Shown: positions 36,691 through 45,981 of the stretch, piece after piece
Layout: every line of letters begins with the position of its first letter
Position numbering within the stretch: the stretch's first letter is position 1
NCBI GenBank assembly: GCA_023659865.1
Contig: JAGXON010000001.1
Location: 45,968-109,967, forward strand
Origin: Candidatus Diapherotrites archaeon LH_S9
GTDB lineage: Archaea > B1Sed10-29 > WALL01 > JAGXON01
Direction: 5' to 3'
DNA: 64,000 bases
Program-made: the position numbers and the translations under genes
Notes under the pieces: generated by a model
What the model was told of the DNA's origin: nothing
Seen by the model: the letters and a program-made list of their open reading frames with translations, nothing else
Database searches by the model: none

Positions 36691-37737
36691 ATGAACGAAA
36701 AAGTAAAAGCAATAGCCTCAACTTTCATCGTAGGCGCAGTCATACTCTCCTTAATCCTTTGGATACTAGGACCTCAAGAGATAGCAGCAAAGCTGATGAA
36801 AGGAGACGGTTTATTAATCCTCTTAGCTCTCTTCGTTCAACTAGTAAGCCTCTCAATCCTTTTCACTAGATGGAACTACCTTGTAAACGCAGCCGGAGTG
36901 AAAACCACCTGGAAAAACGTTAGCAAAATAGGTTTAGCGGGTCAAGCTTTGAATGCAGTGACCCCGAGCACCAGACTTGGAGGAGAACCACTGAAAGCGT
37001 ATCTGCTGAAAAAAAGAACTGATTCACGCCTCGGAGTCGCGATGGCAACTCTAGTGATGGAAAAAATAGTGGACCAAGCAGCTTTTCTTTTCATTGCCCT
37101 AGGTTCAGTAACTTTTGCAGTACTATTCCTCGATCTCTCAGGTTACATAATTCTTTTACTGATCATTGCAACCCTCTTCTCTTTCGCGATACTTACTGGT
37201 CTGATCTACGTGTGTTTCGGTAGAAGGATAAAGTCGAAGACCATTGTCGACCTTCTTGAAAGACATGATTGGATAACAAACAAAATTCCTTTTGTTGGCC
37301 ATTACAAAAATAAGATGACTGATTCTTTGCTTAACTACTATTCTCATATAGCAAAGATAGGTTCAAATCCAAGAGTATGGTCCGTTGGAATATTATTATC
37401 CTTAATGTACTGGGGAGCAGAAATAACTAGGGCATGGGTTCTTTTCAGAGCCTTTGGAGCAGAAGTAGCTTTTGCAGTGATTGCAACTGCTTACATTCTT
37501 TCTGCGATAATAGGTTCGTTCCCACTGCTACCAGGAGATCTTGGCATAGTTGAGAGCGCAATGATACTTATTTATTCCTCGGCTCACATAAACTCTGTAA
37601 CCGGCGGGTTAGTCACTTTAATTGACCGACTGTTCTCTTACTGGTTCGTAATACTGGTTGGAGTACCGCTCGCTTGGTACTTAGGATTTATGAATTACGC
37701 AGGTGATTTCGATTCCGAAGAAAATGGGACAGATTAG
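36691..37737 (+). CDS. UPF0104 / flippase-like membrane protein
   Basis: TPSTRLGGEP, PLLPGDLG, DRLFSYW. Confidence 0.85.
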   Translation: MNEKVKAIASTFIVGAVILSLILWILGPQEIAAKLMKGDGLLILLALFVQLVSLSILFTRWNYLVNAAGVKTTWKNVSKIGLAGQALNAVTPSTRLGGEPLKAYLLKKRTDSRLGVAMATLVMEKIVDQAAFLFIALGSVTFAVLFLDLSGYIILLLIIATLFSFAILTGLIYVCFGRRIKSKTIVDLLERHDWITNKIPFVGHYKNKMTDSLLNYYSHIAKIGSNPRVWSVGILLSLMYWGAEITRAWVLFRAFGAEVAFAVIATAYILSAIIGSFPLLPGDLGIVESAMILIYSSAHINSVTGGLVTLIDRLFSYWFVILVGVPLAWYLGFMNYAGDFDSEENGTD

Positions 37738-38095
37738 AGACTTGAAAAAAGGAAGTTACATTTTGATAGATAACGCTCCATGCAAAGTGAAAAAGATACA
37801 GAAAAGTAAACCGGGAAAACACGGTTCCACAAAAGCAAGAATAAGCGCAGTAGGTATATTCGACGACCAAAAAAGAAACATAGTTGACTCAGTTAACTCC
37901 AAATGCGAGATACCGGTCGTGGAAAGAAAAACCGGGCAATTAGTTGCAGACATAGGAAACAAACTCCAAATCATGGACATGGAAGACTACAACACGTTCG
38001 AAGTAGACAAACCAGACTTTGACGTGAACCAAGGAGAGAAAGTAGAATACCTTGAATCACTAGGACAAAAAAAACTCATCCGGAAAAAGTCATGA
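37703..38095 (+). CDS. eif5a: Translation factor aIF5A
   Basis: SKPGKHGSTK (deoxy)hypusine motif; start may be ATG at 37724. Confidence 0.93.
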   Translation: MISIPKKMGQIRDLKKGSYILIDNAPCKVKKIQKSKPGKHGSTKARISAVGIFDDQKRNIVDSVNSKCEIPVVERKTGQLVADIGNKLQIMDMEDYNTFEVDKPDFDVNQGEKVEYLESLGQKKLIRKKS

Positions 38096-38868
38096 AAACA
38101 AGACAGAACTGCTTGATCTGGCAAAACATCATAGAACCGGAAGAAGCAGAACTTTTCTTGCTCGGCATACCTTTTGACTCCACAGTCACTGGCACGCCAG
38201 GAACAAGAAAAGCACCAACCGCAATCCGGCACCAAGTAAACGACTTAAGTTCTTTCGACCCAGATAACGGTTCTTTCCAGGAAGTCAAACTCTTCGACGC
38301 CGGAAACGTGGAAACGATTCCAGGCAACCCAAAAAAGACCTGGAAAAACATTGAAGAAACCGTTAAAGAACTTGTTGAAATCAATCCAGAAGCTAAATTC
38401 TTGTTTCTCGGAGGAGAGCACTCAATAACTTTTCCGATAGCCAGAGCACTGAATGAAGAAAAAAGTTTTGACTACCTTTGTTTTGACGGGCACTGGGATC
38501 TCCTGAACAACTGGAAAGGAGTGAAGGAATCTCACGCTGCCGTTAACCAGAGAGTTTCAGAGCTTTTAGGAAAAGAAAAAATGGAAGTCAAAGGAGTTGT
38601 GGACGGAAGCAAAGAAGAATGGAGGAAAAGCCAGGAGCTCGGGAAAGCAAAAGACCCTGTTTACTTGTCCGTGGACGTGGACGTTCTCAAGAACGTTCCT
38701 TGCAGCACTCCAGTCGCAGCGGAACTGGAACTTCCAGAACTATGGAATGAAATAAAAAATAGAGAGTTAGTTGCTGCTGACGTCTGCGAGTACAACCCCT
38801 TAGCCGGAAAAAGCGCTCTGCCAGCAGACCTCGTCAAAAAACTTATTCTAAAGCTTGGGAAAAATTGA
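38092..38868 (+). CDS. Agmatinase/ureohydrolase family protein
   Basis: GIPFDST, GGEHSIT, DGHWD, SVDVDV. Confidence 0.82.
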   Translation: MKTRQNCLIWQNIIEPEEAELFLLGIPFDSTVTGTPGTRKAPTAIRHQVNDLSSFDPDNGSFQEVKLFDAGNVETIPGNPKKTWKNIEETVKELVEINPEAKFLFLGGEHSITFPIARALNEEKSFDYLCFDGHWDLLNNWKGVKESHAAVNQRVSELLGKEKMEVKGVVDGSKEEWRKSQELGKAKDPVYLSVDVDVLKNVPCSTPVAAELELPELWNEIKNRELVAADVCEYNPLAGKSALPADLVKKLILKLGKN

Positions 38869-38961
38869 GGTCCTTTCGACCACTTTTCTCCAGCTACAAT
38901 ACCAAAAAAAAAGCGCGACCTCTCCCTTTCTAGTGCTTTCAGGTGTTTTCTAGCTAATTTA

Positions 38962-39279
38962 TCAGTGTATTCTGGCGCCTGGCTCTATATCACACTCGAC
39001 CAGCTTAATCGTTCCGTCTTTCTCTCCGGCCAGTACCATGCCCTCTGATTTCATGCCGTACATTTCTTTTGGCTCAAGGTTCGCGAGGTAAGCGACTGTT
39101 TTTCCTTTAAGATCTTCTTTGTCTAGGTATGGCTTGAGTCCAGCGGCTACTGTTCGTTTCCCTAAGGAGCCTACGTCCAAACTTATCTTGAACAGTTTGT
39201 CTGCTCCTTCAACTTCTTCAACGTTCTTTACTTTAGCGGCTCTTAAATCAAGTTTTTGGAAGTCCTGAAATTCAATCAT
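38962..39279 (-). CDS. Stand-alone tRNA-binding OB-fold (MetRS C-terminal/Trbp111-like)
   Basis: FQDFQKLDLR, ADKL, NLEPKEMYGMKSEGMVLA. Confidence 0.88.
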   Translation of the reverse strand: MIEFQDFQKLDLRAAKVKNVEEVEGADKLFKISLDVGSLGKRTVAAGLKPYLDKEDLKGKTVAYLANLEPKEMYGMKSEGMVLAGEKDGTIKLVECDIEPGARIH

Positions 39280-40814
39280 ATTTGACTCCTCTTTTCCTCT
39301 TCTTTTGTTTGAACATCTCTTTTTTTGAACAAAGGCTCTGGTTCACCGATCTCGTGATCTGATAACTCGAAGTCTTTTGCATCCTCCCATTCTTTGGATC
39401 TGATGCTCTCATCTATTCCTAGCTGCTCCCAGATTTTTTCAGCGCAGTCAGGCAGGAACGGGAACAAAATTATTGAAATATTTTTGCATAAGTTACCACA
39501 AACATTTAAAACGTTCGGAGCTCTTCCCTCGTTATTCCACGGCTCGTTAGCGTTCAAGTACTGGTTTCCTTTCTTGCTTAAGGCCATAACTTTTTCGAGA
39601 GCCGTGTTAAGGCTTAGTTCTTCAAGGTCTTTTCCTGCTTCGTCAACAGTTCTCCTGGTTTCTTCCACCAGTTCTTCATCCGATTCAGTGAATTCCTCTC
39701 TCTCAGGAATGCCTCCATCAAAGTTGCTGTTGAGGAACGAGAGCGTTCGGTGAACGAAGTTACCTAAGTTGTCTGCAAGCTCGTTGTTCAATTTTTTGAC
39801 CAGCAGTTCCTCGGAAAAATCGCTGTCCTCGCCAATAGATCCTCCGCTAAGCAAAGAGTACCTCAATGCATCGGTTCCGTAAGCTTCAACGAGTTCAAAC
39901 GGGTCAAGGACGTTTCCCTTGGACTTGCTCATTTTTTCTCCGCCCAGGTTCAGGAAACCGTGCGCACAAACAGTTTCAGGCAAGTCAACTCCAAGAGACA
40001 TCAGCATGGCAGGCCAGATAACAGCATGGAACCAAGTGATATCTTTTCCTATCATATGAACGTTTGCAGGCCAGTATTTATTGAATTTATCGCCTTCTGG
40101 GTATCCTAGAGCCGTGATGTAATTTGATAGGGCGTCTACCCAGACGTAAGTTGTGTAATCATCGTCTATCGGGAAAGGAACTCCCCATTCGAAAGCTGAT
40201 CGTGTTATGCAGAGGTCTCTTAAGCCGTCCTCGATTCTGTTCAAGAGTTCTTTCTTTCTGCTTTCAGGGAAAACGAAATCAGGTTTCTGATCGTAAAGTT
40301 CTAAGAGGTCTTCCTCGTATTTCGAGAGTCTGAAGAAGTATCCTTCTTCCTTCTTTTTTTCTACTTCTCTGTTGCATTCCGGGCACTTCCCTTCATCTAA
40401 TTGTTTGTCCGTCCAGTAGCTTTCGCATGGAACGCAGTACCATCCCTCGTACTCTCCTTTGTATATGTCCCCTTTCTCGTGCATGGCTTTAACTATTTTC
40501 TTGTTAGCTTCTTCGTGGCGTGAATGAGTTGTTCGGATGAAGTCATCGTTCTCCACGCTTAAAATCGTGCATAAGTTCCTGAAGCGTTCTGAAATATCGT
40601 CAACGAATTTCTGAGGGTCCTCTCCTTTTTTCTTAGCTGCCTTGAAAACTTTTTCCCCGTGCTCATCCGTTCCAGTCAAAAAGAAAACGTCTTTGCCTCT
40701 AGCCTTCTGGAATCTGGCGATTACGTCTGTGAGTACCTTTTCGTAAGCGTGACCGATGTGTGGCTTATCGTTCGCGTAATCTATGGCGGTGGTAATGTAA
40801 AAAGTATCTTTCAA
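39276..40814 (-). CDS. metG: Methionyl-tRNA synthetase catalytic chain
   Basis: HIGH, TGTDEHG, CxxC knuckle, YVWVDAL, KMSKS. Confidence 0.95.
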   Translation of the reverse strand: MKDTFYITTAIDYANDKPHIGHAYEKVLTDVIARFQKARGKDVFFLTGTDEHGEKVFKAAKKKGEDPQKFVDDISERFRNLCTILSVENDDFIRTTHSRHEEANKKIVKAMHEKGDIYKGEYEGWYCVPCESYWTDKQLDEGKCPECNREVEKKKEEGYFFRLSKYEEDLLELYDQKPDFVFPESRKKELLNRIEDGLRDLCITRSAFEWGVPFPIDDDYTTYVWVDALSNYITALGYPEGDKFNKYWPANVHMIGKDITWFHAVIWPAMLMSLGVDLPETVCAHGFLNLGGEKMSKSKGNVLDPFELVEAYGTDALRYSLLSGGSIGEDSDFSEELLVKKLNNELADNLGNFVHRTLSFLNSNFDGGIPEREEFTESDEELVEETRRTVDEAGKDLEELSLNTALEKVMALSKKGNQYLNANEPWNNEGRAPNVLNVCGNLCKNISIILFPFLPDCAEKIWEQLGIDESIRSKEWEDAKDFELSDHEIGEPEPLFKKRDVQTKEEEKRSQI

Positions 40815-40981
40815 CCTCTTTTCACCTTTTTCGACAGAGAAACCCTTAATCTAGATTTATTTAATGCAGGAACCCATTTTAAATACTTTGGAAAAATACA
40901 TCCATCAAAACCTATAATCTAAGGGGTTTGGAAATCCGACCACCAACTCATAAATAATCGTTTTTTCATAAACTTCTATCC

Positions 40982-43039
40982 ATGGAACTAGAAGAATTCT
41001 TCAGAGACGAGTACCAAGAAGAGCTCGAAAAAATCGGTGAAGAGTACCCTGACAAGAAAAGCATTCAAATGGACTTCAGCGACCTCGAGTCCTACGATTA
41101 CAACACTGCAGACGAACTGATAGAAAAACCAGACAAAATGCTGAGAAGAGCAGAAGAAGAACTCGAGGCAATCGGAATACACGACCAAGAAAACAACGAG
41201 ATAGTTCCAAACATCAGATTCTTCAACCTCCCGGAAGAACGCACCTTCTTAATCCGAGATATCAACAGCGACCACCTGAACCAGTTAATCGCCACCGAAG
41301 GCGTTATCACCAAGATAACAGACGTGAGACCAAAAGTAAACGAAGGCGTGTTCGAATGTCGCAGATGCGGAAGAACACAGACCATTGAACAAGACCAGCA
41401 CTCGTTCGGGAAACTAAAAGAACCAGCAAAGTGCGCCTGTAAACGCAAGGACTTCAAACTCAAAGAAAACGAAAGCAAATTCATAGACATGCAAAAAATG
41501 GAAATACAGGAACCATTAGAAGCACTGGTTAAAGGAGAGCAAGCAAAAACCATCGACGTATGGCTCGAAGACGACTTAACCAACAAGCTCTACCCTGGAG
41601 ACAAAGTGATAGTTACTGGAGTCGTAAAACTCAGATCACCTTCAAAAAAGAGTTCAGCCGTTTACGACATCTACCTGGACTCGATCCACATTCAACAAGT
41701 CGAAAAAGAATTCGAAGAAATAGAAATCACTCAAGAAGAAGAAAAAGAAATAGAAGAACTAGCAAAAGACCCTGAAATATATCAAAAGATAATCAACTCA
41801 ATTGCTCCAACAATCTACGGCCACAGAGAAATCAAAGAAGCAATAGCGCTCCAGTTGTTCGGTGGAACAAAAAATAAGGTGTTCCCCGACCAATCAAACA
41901 TACGGCCAGACGTTCACGTGCTTTTAATCGGTGATCCAGGAACAGCTAAATCCATGATCCTCGAGTACCTGAACCAGCTAGCGCCAAAAGGGATCTTTGT
42001 TTCAGGAAAATCCGCTACTGGAGCCGGACTAACTGCATCAGCAGAAAAAGACGAGTTCGGAGAAGGAGGATGGACCCTCAAAGCTGGAGCCCTGGTACTG
42101 GCGAGCGGTGGACACGCAGCAATCGACGAATTCGATAAAATGACTACAGACGACAGGTCAAGCATGCACGAAGCCATGGAACAACAGACCATCAGCGTTG
42201 CAAAAGCAGGAATAGTCACAACCTTCAAAGCTAAGACCGCCGTCCTGGCCGCAGCCAACCCTAAGTACGGTCGTTTCGATCCTCATGAACCTCCTGCAAA
42301 ACAATTCGACATCCCTCCAACACTGCTTTCAAGATTCGACCTGATATTCCCGATAAAAGACGTTATGGACGAAGAAAGAGATCGAGAGATGGCGGACCAC
42401 ATCCTTAATTCTCATCAAGCAGCAGGCATCAAGACCGACAGCCCTGAAGTACTTTCAGAAGACGAGCTTGACAAAGCCATACAAGAGATCGAGCCAGTGC
42501 TCGACATAGACCTGCTCAGGAAATACATATCTTACACTAGAAAGCACTGCCACCCTGTTCTGACGAAAGATGCAATAAGAAAAATTAAAGAATACTACAC
42601 TGACCTGCGGATGACCGGAGAACAATCAGGAGCAGTACCAATAACTCCAAGACAGCTGGAAGCTCTCGTTCGACTAGCAGAAGCTTCAGCAAAAGGAAGA
42701 CTAAGTGAAGAAGTCCAGCTAGAGGACGCGAGAAGAGCTATAAAGCTGCATAAGTTCGTGATGAGAGAAATTGGCGTGGATCAAGAGACAGGCAGGATGG
42801 ACATAGACATAATCGCAACAGGAAAACCAAAATCCAAGATAGACAAAGTTAAAACGCTTTACGCGGCAATAAAAGATCTTTCACAAGAATACGATAAAGT
42901 AACTCACGACCAGATAGTGGACGAGGCAGAAGAACTTGGAATAGAGCCCGAAAAAGTCAATGACTTGCTCTCAATCCTCAAGAAAAAAGGAGACATATAC
43001 TCCCCTAAGCACGGAGAATACAAGATAGCAGGACAATAA
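40982..43039 (+). CDS. mcm: MCM replicative helicase
   Basis: Zn finger, GDPGTAKS, IDEFDKM, SRFD, C-terminal winged helix; no intein. Confidence 0.96.
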   Translation: MELEEFFRDEYQEELEKIGEEYPDKKSIQMDFSDLESYDYNTADELIEKPDKMLRRAEEELEAIGIHDQENNEIVPNIRFFNLPEERTFLIRDINSDHLNQLIATEGVITKITDVRPKVNEGVFECRRCGRTQTIEQDQHSFGKLKEPAKCACKRKDFKLKENESKFIDMQKMEIQEPLEALVKGEQAKTIDVWLEDDLTNKLYPGDKVIVTGVVKLRSPSKKSSAVYDIYLDSIHIQQVEKEFEEIEITQEEEKEIEELAKDPEIYQKIINSIAPTIYGHREIKEAIALQLFGGTKNKVFPDQSNIRPDVHVLLIGDPGTAKSMILEYLNQLAPKGIFVSGKSATGAGLTASAEKDEFGEGGWTLKAGALVLASGGHAAIDEFDKMTTDDRSSMHEAMEQQTISVAKAGIVTTFKAKTAVLAAANPKYGRFDPHEPPAKQFDIPPTLLSRFDLIFPIKDVMDEERDREMADHILNSHQAAGIKTDSPEVLSEDELDKAIQEIEPVLDIDLLRKYISYTRKHCHPVLTKDAIRKIKEYYTDLRMTGEQSGAVPITPRQLEALVRLAEASAKGRLSEEVQLEDARRAIKLHKFVMREIGVDQETGRMDIDIIATGKPKSKIDKVKTLYAAIKDLSQEYDKVTHDQIVDEAEELGIEPEKVNDLLSILKKKGDIYSPKHGEYKIAGQ

Positions 43040-43043
43040 AAAA

Positions 43044-43838
43044 ATGAAGCTAGCACCAAAACTAATCTCAATATTTCTAGCGATCCAGTTAGCCGGGATC
43101 TACCTAGGTTCAAAACTCATTCAAGTACCTGAACTAGAGCCAGAAACAAGCGCTGCAGCAGGACCCCTCATATTCATCTACCTTCTCGTGGTCACAGCAA
43201 TAGTTCTACTGATAATAAAATACTTCTCAGGATTCATGAAAGGCTTCGAATTAATAGCCGTTTTCTTCGGATCAGAAATCTTCTTCGAAACACTCTTCAT
43301 GGGCTTCATCAAACAAAGCCAGGCATTCATGATAGCGCTCGTGCTCGCAGCCGCACTCACCGGAATAAGGCACAAGAAAAGAAACCTATGGACTCAAAAC
43401 ACAGCAATAACACTATCAGCAATAGGAATAGGATCACAACTAGGAGCATCACTAGGAATATGGCCAATACTAATACTCATATCGCTGTTAGCCGTTTATG
43501 ACGTTGTAGCAGTTTTCAAAACAAAACACATGGTGACAATGGCTAAAGAAATAATCAAGCAAAAACTAGCGTTCACGCTCGCCATCCCCACACAAGACAG
43601 AGTGTTCCAGATAGGTGGCGGAGACCTGATAATGCCGATAATTCTCGAAGTGAGCATACTGCGATACGGAGGCATAGTCCCCGCAATAGCTGCAATGATA
43701 GGAGGACTTATTGGCGTGACCGGTCTAGTAATCTATCTGAACAAAAAACCAGGCAGGCCGATGCCTGCGCTTCCGCCGATAGTGCTTGGATTGCTTACTG
43801 GTTTTGCTTTATACTTAGGAACTCAATTAATAGGGTGA
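43044..43838 (+). CDS. Presenilin/signal-peptide-peptidase-like intramembrane aspartyl protease
   Basis: YD, GGGD and PALP motifs in TM helices. Confidence 0.88.
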   Translation: MKLAPKLISIFLAIQLAGIYLGSKLIQVPELEPETSAAAGPLIFIYLLVVTAIVLLIIKYFSGFMKGFELIAVFFGSEIFFETLFMGFIKQSQAFMIALVLAAALTGIRHKKRNLWTQNTAITLSAIGIGSQLGASLGIWPILILISLLAVYDVVAVFKTKHMVTMAKEIIKQKLAFTLAIPTQDRVFQIGGGDLIMPIILEVSILRYGGIVPAIAAMIGGLIGVTGLVIYLNKKPGRPMPALPPIVLGLLTGFALYLGTQLIG

Positions 43839-43842
43839 TCGC

Positions 43843-44301
43843 ATGAAAAGAAGTCCAGCAAAAAGAATTTGGATAAAAAACCTGAGAGAAGGAAAGTACT
43901 CCCCGTCTTCAGGAGGTTACAACCCGAACAAACTCATCTACGATGGAGAAGAATTCATCAGAGTCAGAGTACTAGGAACCGTGGTAGACACATACGATTC
44001 AGACAAGTTCTCAGCCATCACAGTAAAAGACGAGACAGGAGAAATTAGTGTAAGGTTCTTCCAGGACGATACGGAATGGACTGAAAACATCACTGAAGGA
44101 GATTTAGTGAGAGCAATAGGAAAAGTCAGAGAAAGAGAGGATGAGATAGTGCTGAACGGAGAGATCGTCAGAAAACTAGAAAACCCGGCCTGGATAGAGC
44201 TACATCAAAAACAATTAAAAGACATGGAAACAAAAGAAAACAACACAGAAACCAAGGAAACCAAAGAAAGTAATACTGAAATAGAAGAAACGGAGATTTG
44301 A
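43843..44301 (+). CDS. OB-fold protein (RPA32-like)
   Basis: RVRVLGTVV, DETGEI, GDLVRAIGKVRE. Confidence 0.75.
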   Translation: MKRSPAKRIWIKNLREGKYSPSSGGYNPNKLIYDGEEFIRVRVLGTVVDTYDSDKFSAITVKDETGEISVRFFQDDTEWTENITEGDLVRAIGKVREREDEIVLNGEIVRKLENPAWIELHQKQLKDMETKENNTETKETKESNTEIEETEI

Positions 44302-44302
44302 A

Positions 44303-44713
44303 ATGGAAGACTACGAAAAAATGCTGAAAAAAGTCCAGAAAGACGTACCGGACGAAGTAAGCAAATCAACACGGTTCAAGATGCCAAAATTTGATTCACA
44401 CATCCAAGGAAAAAAAACATTCATCAAGAACTTCAAAAACGTTGCAGACAAACTAAGAAGAGACCCAGATCACCTGATGAAGTACCTGGCAAAAGAATGC
44501 GGAGTACCAGCAGAAATGAAGAACGGTCGGCTCTTGCTCAAAGGAAAATTCAGGCAAAGAAAACTCAACAAAGAACTAAAGATGTACGTGAACGAATACG
44601 TGCTCTGCAAAGAATGCGGGAAACCAGACACCAAATTCACAACACAGAAAGGCGTAACCTACATGAGATGCGAATCCTGCGGTGGAAGAAGCCCAGTAAA
44701 ACCCATAAAGTGA
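44303..44713 (+). CDS. eif2b: Translation initiation factor 2 beta subunit
   Basis: NFKNVADKLRRDPDHL, YVLCKECGKPDT, CESCG. Confidence 0.94.
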   Translation: MEDYEKMLKKVQKDVPDEVSKSTRFKMPKFDSHIQGKKTFIKNFKNVADKLRRDPDHLMKYLAKECGVPAEMKNGRLLLKGKFRQRKLNKELKMYVNEYVLCKECGKPDTKFTTQKGVTYMRCESCGGRSPVKPIK

Positions 44714-44718
44714 TTCAA

Positions 44719-45015
44719 ATGATTTCAAAGATACACGAACAACAGAAAAAAATCGTGTTAGCAGCATGCGACAAAGAACTGCTTGAAAAAACATTTGAAG
44801 ACAAAAAAGCACGAATAGAAATCACAGAAAACTTCTACGGAACAAAAGAAACAACTGAAGAAGAGCTTTCAGAAAATCTGGAGGAAGCAGACATAATCAA
44901 TCTCGTAGGAGAAAAAACAATTGCTATAGCAATCAAAAACGGTCTAGCAGACCCAGATCAAACACTTAAAATAGATGGAATCCCACACGCTCAAATAGTT
45001 AAGATAAAGGAGTAA
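44719..45015 (+). CDS. DUF424 family protein
   Basis: LAACDKELL, FYG, NLVG, IDGIPHAQI. Confidence 0.85.
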   Translation: MISKIHEQQKKIVLAACDKELLEKTFEDKKARIEITENFYGTKETTEEELSENLEEADIINLVGEKTIAIAIKNGLADPDQTLKIDGIPHAQIVKIKE

Positions 45016-45019
45016 AAAA

Positions 45020-45322
45020 ATGGCAAAAAAAGACGAAGAAAAAAAGCAAAGAACCAGGATGCCAAGAGGAAAACAAGTAATCGGTAGAGTAGACGACCTT
45101 CTAGGCGCAAAAAGAATGAGAGTAGAATGCTCGGACGGAAGAACACGAATGTGCCGCATCCCAGGAAAAGCACAGAGAAGAATGTGGATAAAAGAAGGAA
45201 ACTACGTTATAGTAGAACCGTGGAAAATACAGGGAGACGAAAAAGGCGACATCACCTGGAAATACAGAAAACATCAAGTACAAGAACTAAGAAGAAAAGG
45301 AATGCTCGACGAAATAGAATGA
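45020..45322 (+). CDS. eif1a: Translation initiation factor 1A
   Basis: LLGAKRMRVECSDGRTRMCRIPGK, WIKEG, KGDI. Confidence 0.94.
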   Translation: MAKKDEEKKQRTRMPRGKQVIGRVDDLLGAKRMRVECSDGRTRMCRIPGKAQRRMWIKEGNYVIVEPWKIQGDEKGDITWKYRKHQVQELRRKGMLDEIE

Positions 45323-45981
45323 AAACAGGAGCACTATTCTCAGGCGGAAAAGACAGCGCTTACGCAATATACTGGGCTCTAAATCAAGCCTGGAACGTAA
45401 ACTGCCTGATAAACATAAAAACAGAAAACCCTCATTCTTTCATGTTCCATCACCCGAACCAAAAGCTGATCGAACTACAGGCAAAAAAAGCAGGAATCCC
45501 GTTAATCCAGCTTGAGACACCAGGAGAAAAAGAAGAAGAGCTCGAAGCACTGGAAAAAGCCGTTAAAAAAGCAAAAAAAGAATTTGACCCAGACGCAGTA
45601 ATCAGCGGAGCAGTCGCGTCCAGCTACCAGAAAAAAAGAGTGGACAACATCTGCCACAAACAAGAAATAAAGTCCTTCGCCCCATTATGGACTAAAAAAC
45701 AAAACACGCTAATGCAATACATCCTAAAAGCTGACTTCGACGTGAGAATCAGCGCAGTAGCAGCAGAAGGCCTGACAAAAGACTGGCTCGGCAAAAAAAT
45801 CACTGAAGAAACAGTCCAAGAACTAAAAGAAATGAAGGGAATGAACATCGCTGGCGAAGGAGGAGAGTGGGAGAGCACCGTACTAAACGCTCCTTTCTTC
45901 AAAGAAAAAATAGTCGTGAAAAAAGCAAGAAAAGAATGGAAAAAAAACAGAGGAAACTGGATAATAGAGGAAGCTAGATAG
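45319..45981 (+). CDS. Diphthine--ammonia ligase (Dph6-like)
   Basis: LFSGGKDS, SFMFH, GAVASSYQ, GEGGEWES. Confidence 0.88.
   Translation: MKTGALFSGGKDSAYAIYWALNQAWNVNCLINIKTENPHSFMFHHPNQKLIELQAKKAGIPLIQLETPGEKEEELEALEKAVKKAKKEFDPDAVISGAVASSYQKKRVDNICHKQEIKSFAPLWTKKQNTLMQYILKADFDVRISAVAAEGLTKDWLGKKITEETVQELKEMKGMNIAGEGGEWESTVLNAPFFKEKIVVKKARKEWKKNRGNWIIEEAR

Noticed and set aside
40815-40981. Replication origin upstream of mcm
   Set aside because: Short divergent promoter region; no ORB-like repeats or cdc6 nearby
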